Assembly: GCA_905178155.1 (NCBI GenBank)
Contig: CAJINV010000001.1
Span: 282,344 to 346,343 of the forward strand
Source: Amoebophrya sp. A120
Lineage: Eukaryota > Protista > Dinoflagellata
Direction of reading: 5' to 3'
Length of the DNA: 64,000 bases
A model generated the notes under the pieces. It did not search any database, was not told the origin of the DNA, and saw only the letters and a list, made by a program, of their open reading frames with translations. The first letter of the stretch is position 1, and every line of letters begins with the position of its first letter. This document shows positions 12,178 to 23,917 of this stretch, piece by piece. A program made the position numbers and the translations under genes.

Positions 12178-15007
12178 TCATAGGCTGGTAGCATTTTGTT
12201 TGTACACCTTGTACAATACATATAACAAAGCAACAATACCAAAGAAAAAGGAAATATAGCCGATTACACCAACTACATTCACGAGGCTATTGCCCGAAGT
12301 AACGGCCAGGGTACTTATCCAGGAAAACCCAAAAGAAACCTGTGTGAACGAAGCTGCCGCCGGGCACGAATCCGGCACGCCTGAGGCATCCGCATCGGCG
12401 ACGACGTGGCCAAACTTTTTTGCGTACTTCCCCAGATGCTCCGCGATCGAACTGGTCACGACGAATCCCGCTCGCAGTCCGCTCGCGGGCATGCCGTCGA
12501 GAAACGTTTCCAGGGCGACTGCGCGGGAACCGCCGGTAGAGGCAGCATCAGCGAGCCGCACCGTTTGGTTGATCATAACAGCAAAGTCGCGCCCTGCTGT
12601 AGTGTACCCAGCGCTCGAGCGGTGCAAGCTTCCCAGGGCGTAACTCAAAGCCGAGTCGTCGGCGAGGTCGACCTTGAGCACCTGCGTGGCGTCGAATAAG
12701 GTCGCGAGCGAATCTACCTCGAACTGCAGCGACCTCATCGGCCCGGACACGGGAAAAAGTACTGCCGTGCGCTGGAACGGGTGCAATACGACCGTCATCC
12801 GCCGCAGATCCGCGGCCGTCGCGGCAGGCCACATGTACCGACTGAGACCGTCGGCGTAGAGAAGCGTCTCGTCGAAGATTCGCGAAGCCACGTCCGCGCT
12901 TTTTGGCCCGTGCATGTACGTGTTGAGGGCCAAGTAAGACGCGTCGACTACGCCCTCGGAGGCATTTCGGTGGGACGCCACTATTGCTGGTGGCAGACGC
13001 GTGAGAGCAAGACGCTTCCTTCTTTCCGCCGTTCGCGGCGAAAACAACATCGCGCCTGAAGCTTCCTGTATCAACGTGCTGCCCTGCATCAGTCTCGGCG
13101 AGAACACACGGACACCATTTGCAGAAGCTCCAGAAAACACGTAGATCTGCGCCGCGGACACGCCGCCATCTTCTGTTTCCAATTCAACCCCCCGGCCGTC
13201 CCGCTCATCCACGTCGTTGCCGTCCGCTAATACCAACGGGCTATAGGACGTAAACCGAATGGAAACCCGCTTGCTCCGCTTCATCTCCCTGTACCCCAAG
13301 CAGCGAAACACGCCCCCGGGGTGACAAGTCAGGCGCGCGGTCTTGCCGTTCGTCATGACGCAGGGAAACGGCTGAAGTGGCGTAAATATTTCGCCGAGCT
13401 TCGGCAATTCATGGAGAAACTTGACTGGAATGCGCGCAGTTGCGCCGGTCGTGGTCCTCTTCACGGTCGCGACAACGCTCTTCATGCCGGCCCCCGACTG
13501 GGTGCTTTGCACATCCAGGACGCTGGCAAATGTGCCGTTGAAGAGCGCCGAGTGCGCGGTGGCCGCGCCGGGCGGGAGCACAATCTGAACTCTATGCGAG
13601 TCCAAGGTTTTTCGGATGTCCTGACCGCTGTAGCTGTACTTAAGTGCGGGATTATGAGAAACGTCAAGCAGCGCGCCCAACCCCTTGTCCTCCACGACAC
13701 CGTTGGCACGGACGGCAACCTCCCGAATCGCGTCTCGTGATGCCGCAGCCGAAGCTGGGGGGTCCCGGAACGCCGCCAGCAGCCGCTTGAAAAATTTCGG
13801 CACCGAAACCAGCATCCACTTTAACATTTTGACCGTGTACGTCATCCCGATATTTTGTTTTTCCGCTTTCGCCTCCTCGGGCTGGCCTTGTTGCCGGATC
13901 GCGGCCGTTCCCCGCCTCGTGCGCGTTCTCCGCCTCGTGGCCGATCTTCGTCTTTCCTGGCTCGTGCCCGTTCTTTGCACGAGCGAGCCCATCCCCCGGC
14001 TTGCGCCCGTTTGCCGATTTGTATCCCCGTTCACAACCTTGCTCGAAAAAGCCTCCGGCACTGGGCTTCTTGTGGAGATTGTGGCGTCGTGCTGCTCATG
14101 GTGCTCCTGATCAGGATTGGACTGTCCCTCGTCGTCCACGTAGAAGTCTTGCATCATCTGCGGGTCGAGGCAGTGGAACAGATGACCAGCAAGGAAAAGA
14201 AGTAGCGCCCAGAAGGAGCATCGGAAGTAGTTGTAATACCCCCGCACGTGCACAGATGCGATTGTCTTGCGCAACAACTGCGGGTCATCTTTTTTTTGCC
14301 TCCCTGCGTCGAGGAAAAGGGGGGGGGGGGTTCAGTCGCTTCGTCGCCTTTGAGGATTCCGCACTGTTGTGTGTGAATCTCGTCCCGCTGGCTTCGACAG
14401 TCAACGAATAGCCCAGGACGGACTCGGGGATGGAGAACAGGTCCCTGGCCCGAGCCAGCTCCATTTTCACGTAGAATTGCTTTTCGGTGCTGCTGCAGAT
14501 CAAACTCGTACAGGAGACGTTGCTCGCGGACCTTTTCGTCGAGGAGGAGCACGCTAATGTTGCTGAAGAAACCTCGTCAAGACCGGCCTCGTTTGCCATT
14601 TCTTGCAGGATACTGTTACTGGTGTGCTTCAGCGGAAGCGCATTTTCCGAAACCGCGGCTGCCGCGCCGTCGTCCACCAAGTTGTTACACGCAGTGCTGC
14701 CACCCGCATTTTCAACACCTCGTGCCACACCGGCTGTCCTGTTCAGATTCGCTAGGGTTGCGCTCTGGGTCTGGACGAAGGAACGGGGGAAACAGGACGA
14801 AAAGGAAGGGTTTTGCGAGGCGTTGCCGCCAGTCGAAGACCACGCTTCGTCGCCCTGGGAGGTTCCATCGACTTCATTCTTGATTCGTAATGGATCCTGT
14901 GGAAAAGACGGGAATTCGACGTAACGATCTGCTGTCGAAGTAGAGCTGCTTGCCGCGCGAGTTCCTATGTGTACCGACGCAGCGGAGTGTCCGCCGCTCA
15001 ACTCCAT
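12178..15007 (-). CDS. Hypothetical membrane protein with C-terminal transmembrane helix (probably 2 exons)
   Basis: 699-aa ORF ending VVGVIGYISFFFGIVALLYVLYKVYK. An acceptor-like ccgcag near 14158 suggests joining to the upstream ORF starting MELSGG at 15007. Confidence 0.6.
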
Positions 15008-15964
15008 CCTTATGCTGTTCCACCGCACTCTAGGACACACCCCCGCAACCCGCACCCGCAGAGTCGATCCCCCTTGTTCCGGGTCAGAAGTATTGGAGGC
15101 GGAGAAGTATCGTTTTTTCCGAACTGGATGTGAATGAAGTAAGTACGTATAGCAAACTACAAGTCTGTTGGGTCCATATCTACGAGGACACGGCACCAGC
15201 TATGATCCATCTATCAAGGTAGACATCTTCTTGTTACTTTCCTTCAACAAAAACGACGAACGCCGAAACATCCTCCATATATGATTTTTCGTCGAAGACA
15301 GTACAACTTTTTCTCTTATTTCAGCACTCCAACCTCGTCTATTGCCACCTCTCAGCTTTGTTTCGTTACTGTATCAAGGCTCCCAAAGAACTTCAAAGGA
15401 CGGACTCGTCCTGTCATGCGTTTTGAACATTGATTCGATTCGACAACCTGCAAGTTGTGTGCGGATTTTTTGTTACATCTTTGCTGAACAATTTGTAGAC
15501 AACATTACTTCGCAAAAAGAAGCGCATTTCCTTTATCCCATCTTCCGCAATACGTATTCACAGGGGGCAGCACCAGTTACGATTGCTTCTTGCATTGACA
15601 TACTTTTGGCTTGAAACGATAAACAAACCGATAGCGAAACAAAAAAGCTAGGTTTCTGTGGTTCTAGAAGCGAGCAGAAAAACGTCAAAAATGTATATCG
15701 TGATGTGACAAGCACAATGCGCAGTCTCATAAGCAAGTAAGTAAGTACATTGTTGTATTTTCGTTTTAGCAGACAAGACATTATGTATGATCACAAGCTA
15801 GGGTAAGGCACAAAGACGCAGAAGATATCAGCGTTCTCAAAAGCATCGATCGATATCATTGCAAAATTTGCTGAAGCTGCTCGTCCTGATTTTATCGTTC
15901 CTGAAACGTCTAATGTACTTTTAGCGTAGAAACTGAGAGAAGCCAAAACCAACGTCACTCTCCA

Positions 15965-17127
15965 CTACGCTTCTTTTTCCTTCCCCATTCCGAGCCCACC
16001 ATTTGCATTTTTGGCGTCGCGCTTCGCCTTCCGCATTTCGGCGAGTCGGTGCTGCTCCGCCGTCCACTCCTCCGCACTCATCGACGCCGCGGACGCTTTC
16101 AACATGGGAATCCGCGCGCGGTCCGGCACCTTCTCCGACACGAACATGCTCGAGAGTGCATTGCCCAAAGCCACCCAATCCGAGGCAACACGATGCTGCA
16201 TGCTCTCCAGTCCCTCGTTGATGGCAGCCATTTCGTGCGAGCCGTGCATGCGGGTGGCAACCTGGGAGGTTGTTTCGCGATTTTCATTTTTTTGAAAACG
16301 AAAACCCAATTTTCATTATTATGTTTTGCCCTACTTCTAAATTTAAGTAAAAAAAAAAATGGAAAAACAAAAACTCTCCTTATCTTGCACGCAAAGAGAA
16401 GCAGGGTTAGTTGATGTATGCACACGACCAGTACCCCAATCTTCGCGCACTCCGTGCAGACGTCGTAGTCGCACTCTTCGTAGGGGCAGTGGAAGTAGGT
16501 GGTGCCTGTTGCCATGTAGGGATCCTCCTTCTTCAGCACCAGCGCGCAGTGGTTGCAGTACACCTTCTGGTTTCCGGGCGGCATGTCTCCGACCTTGCGC
16601 GGCTCCATCTGGTGGAACAAACCCATGCCGCCGGGACACACCGGACAGTCCTCCGGGGAAATCTTTGCAAGATCGGAACTCATATCGACCACCGGCGGTG
16701 TCGCATCGATCACGCGCTGGGTCGGCGTGCCGATTTCGTACGTTTGCGTCCAAGAACTTCCGCTACTGCTGGCTCCTCCCGGCGTGTTGGGCGGCAACAT
16801 CGAGGTCATGCTAGTACACGCGCCAGCAGGAGAGTGGGGATCGGAACAACTAGCGCTCGTCGGGGAAGTGGTTGTCATGGTGGAACAAGAACTACTCTTG
16901 CAGACACCACTGGCTGTAGTACTGTCGCGCAACATCTTGGAACTTCTCGGCTCCTCTGGAACGGGTTCGTCATGGAGATCTTCCACCGCATCGAGGAAAT
17001 CGCTGCTCTTTTCTAGAGCCTGCGGCTGGCCCGGCTGCAACCGCAGGCCGAGGGAAAAGCGCGTAGAGAACGCGAGGACTGCGCAAGTAGAAACAGCGAC
17101 GAACCGCTGAACAAGTAGGGCAAACAT
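15965..17127 (-). CDS. ZZ-type zinc-finger-like protein with hydrophobic N-terminus, 2 exons
   Basis: CNHC...FHCPYEECDYDVCTEC motif. GGG|gtac donor at ~16432 and cccag| acceptor at ~16262 join VATRMHGS...KEKEA*. Confidence 0.65.
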
Positions 17128-17469
17128 GATTGGCGAGTTTTTGTTCGATTTTGAGTTTTCAAGGTGACCACGTTGTACTCGAACCGAAGACAATGACGGG
17201 TGAACTGCAACTACACGCTGCGTGTTTCGTAAGTCGTGCCTACAAACATTTGTGAATAGTACTTCAAGTCGTTTAGATGAAGATGTTAATGTTTTGTCGA
17301 TTGGTATGTGACAAAAACCACCACCACCAACTGACCGCAAAAAGGAAAGAGAAAGTGAGGAAGTGATGAACAAGTGCCAGCAACTGTTACTCAGAAACAG
17401 CTTTATTTCGTTTTCAACAAATCTTCTTTCATCCGCCTAGATTCCACTTCTTTCGTGGTAGTTTTACAT

Positions 17470-20400
17470 TTAGCCAAAGCCCGAAAGCGAAAAATGTAGA
17501 CGATTAAGATCCGTCTGGTCTGGGCTGCCGCGGGCTGTTGCTGAGCCAGAGCTCCACAGCGGAAAATTGTACAAGATGTCTGATGCATTTGGACTGCTTG
17601 TGACTGGGATCGATGTGTCCAACAACTTGCCCTTCTCAACTTTACTTCCCTTTTCTTTCCTCGCCAACAGCGCGGCCTTACGCTCGTCGCTATCGAAAAA
17701 GAATCCGTGCTCCGAAACCGCCTTCGCAGAGGCGATCCTTTCCGCGATTTCGATCCGCAGAAGACCTGTGACTAGTTCTTGCGCACTGCTGCCCGCCTTT
17801 TTCCACCAGCGGGACTCGCGGCGCGTGCGACCCAGGACAATAGTGCCGTCGTCGTTCCAAAGCACGGGATCCCGGTGCAAGTCGGCCAGCATCTCGTAGC
17901 TGCCCACGTCAAAGGGGGTCGCACCAACAAGCAGCTCGTAGAAAATCGTGCCCAGGGCCCACAAGTCACTCTTCTCACTGTACGCTCGGTCCTGCAGAAT
18001 CTCGGGCGCGAGATTGCACAGCGTCCCGACCAGGCCCTGCTCCTGGTCGGCAGTCTTATCATTGATGTTCTGGTGACGAAGATCTTCAGGAGAACGCTGC
18101 CTCTGAAAGTTCTTGTCTGGGGTGATGGGGCGGGCTGGCAGTGCTGCTACGCTCTGCTTTGGTGACTGAGGTCCGTCCTGTTCTTCCTGCGCCGGTGCTA
18201 CTTTTTCAGATGTATCGGGTTGTTCCTGCACTAGGCCTTGCCCAGTGTCGGTCGGCGTGGGTGCGTCTGCTCGATCACTTTTCGGAACAGTGGTGTCATT
18301 CGAGCTCTGAAGCTTTGCCCGCACAAACTGCTTGTCAACATCGAGCGTCTTGTTGATTTCTTCTTTTTCGACGCAATTTCCTATGCTAGCCGCATCACCT
18401 CCCAGTGCGGTTCTAAGTAAGAGACGACCAAGTGCAGACGCCTCGCTGCTTGTACCGCTGGTGGAGGGCGCGGCCGGTAATGCATCGCCGGCAGGTGCAG
18501 AGTTTCTTGGGGAACTGCCTTCCCAAATTTTAGCAGGCTGCTCGGAAGACGGAACTGGGACCGAGCCAGCTTCTGCTGCGGCAACTACTGCAACTACAGC
18601 TGGGTGCTTCACAGATGAAAACGCCTGTTCCCTCTTATCAGGCTCAGAAGAGATGCTTCGTAGGCTTCTATGATCGCCATCCTGTTTTGCAGGCACGTGG
18701 ACCACAGGTGTTGCACCAGTGGTCGTGTTTTTGTCTGTATCGGCGACGGAAGAAGCCAGTTTCCCGAGTGCAGCACCTTTGGAGGCCAGTTCATTCGCAA
18801 CCGGGTTATGTGTTCTTTCCTCCTCTGATGCAACCGCCGCAGCCGTGCTTTTGCTGATCGTTGCATGATTGGTGACCTCGGTGAGTCGTGAGAGACCAAA
18901 GTCCAGCAGTACCAACTCCTTGAGGTCGAGGTCCCGAAAGCGAAAATTTTCGATCTTCAAATCTCGGTGAAGAATGCCCGCAGCATGGACGGCGGCCACT
19001 GCGCTGGCCATCATGCTCATGCACCGCCGAAGAAAATCGAAGGTCAGTGTGGGATTGTCGCTCCACGCCCCAAAGCCTGGTTTCGGTGGAGGTAGCGCAG
19101 CTGGCTGCTCCGGGGGGAGCGGCGTTTGCCGCGATACCGCAGCCGGGAGGTCGGCTCCACCATTTGTAGTCGACACAACGGGTGGTCCACCAGGCGTCGT
19201 TCGACTCGATGAAGCACCACCGGCATTGGCAACACTGCCCATACCCTGTTCAGCTGGTCCATTTTTCATCATGTGCTCCCCTCGCAGATTGTTCTGGCGG
19301 CGCAACCCACTAACAGCGACTACCTCGCCCGCGGTTTGCATTGGCATAGCTAGCGGAGCGGTGTTTGGTGACGCGGTGAACTTCGTTGAGTTGCCGCTGT
19401 TGTCTACTCCTGGTCCTGTTGCTGTTTCACCCAGGCCATTAACACCACTCGTCCCCAGCACATTTCTACTACCATCATCATCAAGCACTTTACTCCTGCT
19501 ACTGCTCGACGACGCGCTGAAGGTTTCCGGCGACGAAGCTTGGAGGGTCGTTTGCGCACCTTGAGCAAGCTGGTCTACTCCAGCCTGCAGCCGACTAGCG
19601 CCAGCACCTCCTCCTGCAGCAGTCGGCGAAAAGCTTCGATCTTCGCGGCGCTGCACCGCTAGAAGCGTATTTTGCCCGCCTCTACCCGACACTGCCGTCT
19701 CCAGACTGCGAAACCCGCGGCGGCGCGCGTTCCGGTCCCCCGTGACGGCGTCGAAGTCGCGGTCCAGGGACACAAACTTGCTCGGGGAAACGAGGGACTC
19801 GGAAGATTGCAGGTCGCGATGGAGGCCGACGTCGGAGCCCGCCGTGAACGAACTTTGCCCGGACAGCATGGTGGTGCCGCTGGGTGCGGTTACGGCCCGC
19901 GGCGCAAACTCCAAAGTGTTGTTCAGCGGCGAGTCCGGCAGATCTTGCTGGATAATTCGCGGGCCGAATTGGATGCTGTTGTCATTCGCGCTGTCGCCGA
20001 GAGCCGTTGCAGATGACTGCATGTAATCCGACGAGCTGGAGGACGTATTTTGATCGCCACCGACGGTTAGCGAGGCATCAAGGACCGGTCGAGGGCGGCT
20101 CGTCGTGCTTGATGGGGCGACAGTGTTGACTTCTTGTTCATCGGCAGCTGGAAGATCCAGTTGTACTGCTGTCCCATGGTCTTCCGCCGCCGTAGTTGGC
20201 GGAGACTGCAACAAAGCGACGTGCTCTTGTTCTTCGCCAGCGACCCTTGGTCCAAGTTGGGGCTGATTGGCGCTTGCTGGTTCGGTACTTCTGTTTCGCG
20301 AACCCCCTTTACTCACCCCATTCTTGGGTGGAGTGTCAAGCTTCGCAAGCGGGTCTGGCATTTCCTGCACGGAAAGCACGAGTTCTTGGTCCTTGTCCAT

Positions 20401-21549
20401 ATCATCGGCCAAACTTGCCTCCCGGCTAAAATACACCGGCGAGCCCGCAGACGACGGCCCTCCGCCGGTGAACACGGAACTCGGAGCAGGTGAGCTCCCG
20501 AGGCCCATGCGGTGCCCGTATCCACCAGTTTGGTGACCACGTGCTGCGTCGGTGTCGTTGGCGTCCGGAGAATTTACATGATTCTTCAACCGCCCATTCT
20601 GCATGAAATGCAGCATGTCCCCGAGGTTGCTCGGCCGCGCTCCGCTCGTCTTGTTTGTCGGCGAGCCAAGCAGATTTGCCATGAAGTTCTCGACTTTGTT
20701 CAGTGCGGCGTTCGTGAGTCTTCGCACTGGATTCCTTTTCGTTTCCTCCAAAAATTCGCCAGACAGCATCTTCCCCTGGTACAACATCACACTCCCGGTA
20801 CTACTGCTGTCCGGTCTCGGTCTGAGCGTGCTGGCACTCTGACTCAGCTGACTGGTGCTGCCACCGGGGGTTGTGACGTCGTCGTCGTCGTTTTCGAATT
20901 GTTCGTCCTGATCGACGTCCTGACTGGTGCGGCGCGGCCGGGTGGAGCTGGTGGCAAGGCCGATATTAGGACCGCCCGCGCGGTAGCTGCTGTTTTCCAA
21001 CGTTTGGACCATCACTCCCGCGGCAGCCGTCCCGGGCCCGTAATATTTGCCGGTGAAGTGCTTGGAATTCGACCGCATGTTGCCGGTTTTCTTCTTCGCG
21101 GAGAGCAACTGGCGGAGGTCGGGGCCGCGACATTCCTCCATCAGAACGAAAAGTTTCTCCTCCCACAAATTGAATCGATAGTACTTCACCACAAACGCAG
21201 ACTGGTCACGCAACTTCAGCAGCGCGTTCAAGGTTTTCAGTTGCAGACCCTCGTCGAGAAACAGCATGGTCGGACGTCGCTTCCCCGTGTTTGGAACGAT
21301 CTTCACGCACACGGGCGCAGTGGATTGTGAAGAAGAAGATGCAGTAGTACTGTTTGCCAGTGTAGTTGCATCGTTGATGTTGGGCCGTGCTTGTTTTGGC
21401 GGTAGCGGGTGGCACCGGTACACAATGCCAAATGCTCCAAAGCCGACTTTGAAAGACGAGACGGCAAAATCATTCGTGAAATCGCGATACAGTTCCGCAT
21501 ACGAGTGCAGTGCGTCAATGGAGCCCGGAACCACTGCTGGCTCGGCCAT
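17470..21549 (-). CDS. Ser/Thr protein kinase with large low-complexity insertions
   Basis: GFGAFGIVY, VCVKIV, MEECRGPDL, HRDLKIENF, DFG, GTLCNLAPE and KSDLWALG occur in order in one intronless ORF. Confidence 0.9.
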   Translation of the reverse strand: MAEPAVVPGSIDALHSYAELYRDFTNDFAVSSFKVGFGAFGIVYRCHPLPPKQARPNINDATTLANSTTASSSSQSTAPVCVKIVPNTGKRRPTMLFLDEGLQLKTLNALLKLRDQSAFVVKYYRFNLWEEKLFVLMEECRGPDLRQLLSAKKKTGNMRSNSKHFTGKYYGPGTAAAGVMVQTLENSSYRAGGPNIGLATSSTRPRRTSQDVDQDEQFENDDDDVTTPGGSTSQLSQSASTLRPRPDSSSTGSVMLYQGKMLSGEFLEETKRNPVRRLTNAALNKVENFMANLLGSPTNKTSGARPSNLGDMLHFMQNGRLKNHVNSPDANDTDAARGHQTGGYGHRMGLGSSPAPSSVFTGGGPSSAGSPVYFSREASLADDMDKDQELVLSVQEMPDPLAKLDTPPKNGVSKGGSRNRSTEPASANQPQLGPRVAGEEQEHVALLQSPPTTAAEDHGTAVQLDLPAADEQEVNTVAPSSTTSRPRPVLDASLTVGGDQNTSSSSSDYMQSSATALGDSANDNSIQFGPRIIQQDLPDSPLNNTLEFAPRAVTAPSGTTMLSGQSSFTAGSDVGLHRDLQSSESLVSPSKFVSLDRDFDAVTGDRNARRRGFRSLETAVSGRGGQNTLLAVQRREDRSFSPTAAGGGAGASRLQAGVDQLAQGAQTTLQASSPETFSASSSSSRSKVLDDDGSRNVLGTSGVNGLGETATGPGVDNSGNSTKFTASPNTAPLAMPMQTAGEVVAVSGLRRQNNLRGEHMMKNGPAEQGMGSVANAGGASSSRTTPGGPPVVSTTNGGADLPAAVSRQTPLPPEQPAALPPPKPGFGAWSDNPTLTFDFLRRCMSMMASAVAAVHAAGILHRDLKIENFRFRDLDLKELVLLDFGLSRLTEVTNHATISKSTAAAVASEEERTHNPVANELASKGAALGKLASSVADTDKNTTTGATPVVHVPAKQDGDHRSLRSISSEPDKREQAFSSVKHPAVVAVVAAAEAGSVPVPSSEQPAKIWEGSSPRNSAPAGDALPAAPSTSGTSSEASALGRLLLRTALGGDAASIGNCVEKEEINKTLDVDKQFVRAKLQSSNDTTVPKSDRADAPTPTDTGQGLVQEQPDTSEKVAPAQEEQDGPQSPKQSVAALPARPITPDKNFQRQRSPEDLRHQNINDKTADQEQGLVGTLCNLAPEILQDRAYSEKSDLWALGTIFYELLVGATPFDVGSYEMLADLHRDPVLWNDDGTIVLGRTRRESRWWKKAGSSAQELVTGLLRIEIAERIASAKAVSEHGFFFDSDERKAALLARKEKGSKVEKGKLLDTSIPVTSSPNASDILYNFPLWSSGSATARGSPDQTDLNRLHFSLSGFG

Positions 21550-23917
21550 GCTGAGGTGAGGACTCTGCACGGCGGCTCCACTAACGTGCAGGATGGGCTA
21601 GCGCGACCATGTGATGGATCTAATTCAAACAGCACATCGAGACGGTAGCGGGACATCAAAATCAATGGCGGTGCGTTCTCTCACGCTGTTCTTAGAAAAA
21701 GAAAAACTCGCCGAAAAAGTCCGATGAAACTGACTCTGTCTAAAGTAAGTGAAGAATGACAGGCCAAGAGACGCGCTGCGTGTGCAACACGCAAGAGGGC
21801 AGACCAAAACCAATTAAGCCTGAACACAGACAATCTCCCGTCACCCCACAACACGGCGCCAACAAATGCAAATCACCCAGCCCCTATTTGGTTGGCATGG
21901 GCACAATCTCCAAGAAGCTGCGCCCAGACAATCCAGGCAACCACCTCCTATGCCGGCCGGTCAGGCGCTAAATCATCGGGCGGCAGGGCGCCGGCTCCGC
22001 CTGTGGCGCTTCGAAGGGGCCGCAGGGCTCCGTGCTTAGCAGGGTGGCGCCAACGCCCGAAGGGCCCGCACGCCACGTGCTCCACGGGGAGTGGGTGGGA
22101 ACCAACAACAACCACCGCCCGGCAATCTGCGCCAGCTCGCGTGATCGCGCCCGCCGGGGCAGCCGCTGCGCGCGCGGGCTGTTTAGTGCCACTAAATTGG
22201 GCGGGCGCCCCTTGCTTGCCCGCCGCGGGCCGGCCCCGGTGCTTCCAAACCAGGCACGCAAGGAAGTTGATCGCCTCCAACAAGTAGGCCGGCTGCCCCT
22301 CTTCGCAGAGGCCTGCCGCTGCGCAGCGCCACGGCGTCGGCCGGGCGGCCGTGAAACAATCGGCCCGGGCCCACGTTCGTTGTAAGTATGCCGGGCCGGT
22401 CCGCGGCGTAGTCGTCGCTGGTCGACAACAAGGGGCCAACGCGCTCCCGCCCGGCGTCTTGCCGTTCAGGCGGCCGCGCGCCGTATCTACTCAAGAGAGC
22501 AACAGTCGGAAAATGCGAGTCCTTTGCGTCCGATATTCCCGCAGCTGCCGACCCGTTCGGGGACTTGAGTTCCGGCGTCTGCGCAGGGTTGATGTCCTCG
22601 GCGCGCCCCCCCCCGTGGCGTGGCGGGGCAATGCGCGCCGCGTACACCACCCGGCCCACCGCGTCCGCCTTTGCGGTGGCTGCCGCCTGCGTCGCCGTGT
22701 CCGCGGTGACGCTTCCTCTTTACGTCCACAGCCTCCCAGACTCGCCACGGCCCAAGCGCTCCCCCACCTCCGCCATTCTTTCTCCGAAGCGCCCGAACAC
22801 CGTGACGCGCTCCGCGGGATTTGTGGCGCCGAACTATTGCAAGCAAATACTTAACCCCGCCAGCCGCTGCTGGTCGTGGCGGAAGCTTGAAAGGCCACAA
22901 ACCCACCGCGAAAGCGGGCGCGGCAGGGCGCGAGGCTATGGCGCCGGACTTGGCTCCTTCGCTCGCACATCCCCGCGCGGCGGGCGAGCGCCTTCCATGG
23001 CGGCGAGGCCCTGAAACATGGCGCCGGGCGTCAGGCCCTCACTTCGCCCGAGCGGAAGCACTGGAAGAACTAGCCACGCGACTCGTCCTGGTCGCGCACG
23101 AAGCACGGGCGGCGGCGGAGTTGTTCCGCGAGTTGGTCGAAGCTTTACCCTTTCCGGCCTTCGAGTTGCCTTTTCCGGGTGGCAAAATGCTGCGAATGAC
23201 TGACAGAGGGGCCTCAATGGATTGCACTGATGACTGCGCCGGACTTTCGTTTACAAAGCCAAAAGGAACACACTGCAACTGCTTCACACCGCTCAAAAAA
23301 GCAGCCGGTCGAAGTTCCGCATACATTGCCCGGGCACTCGTCTTCAACGGCGCATGTGAATATCGACTAGCTGCAGTGGCATGGGCACACAAGCGACACG
23401 CTCAAACTCCTGCCAAGTAATCATGTTTGTGTCTGTTGTAGAAGAGCTGACGCCCAACATTGTTTCTCCAATGCAGAAGTGGAAATGAAAAACTACGCAT
23501 TCGTCAGTATTACGGAAAATGTGAAAAGCGAGAGAAATGAGAATGTCTTGGCCCATCGATACGAGGAAGGGCAACATTCGAAAGCACACCGCAGAGCCAG
23601 CAACAGACAATTGCAAAGTTGCCCACGCTGGCATCCACGATATCGACTTGATGTGGTGCTTACTCTGCTCCACTGCTACGTCGAATTACGTAAAAAAGGA
23701 CTCGTTTCTCGATTATAATTTTCCCTGCCCACTAGTGAATCTTTCTCAAGTTTTAAAAAACAGATGGAAAGTCAAACCTGCCCTCTCCTCTCTTCCGATA
23801 CGTTCAACCAAATTGTTCCGGCACAATCCTAATCGTCAATTTTCTGTACTAAAAATTCTACGTCCTCCTGGCACCACGACATCATCTTCATCCCCCTTCC
23901 AACTACGTCCCTCCTTC

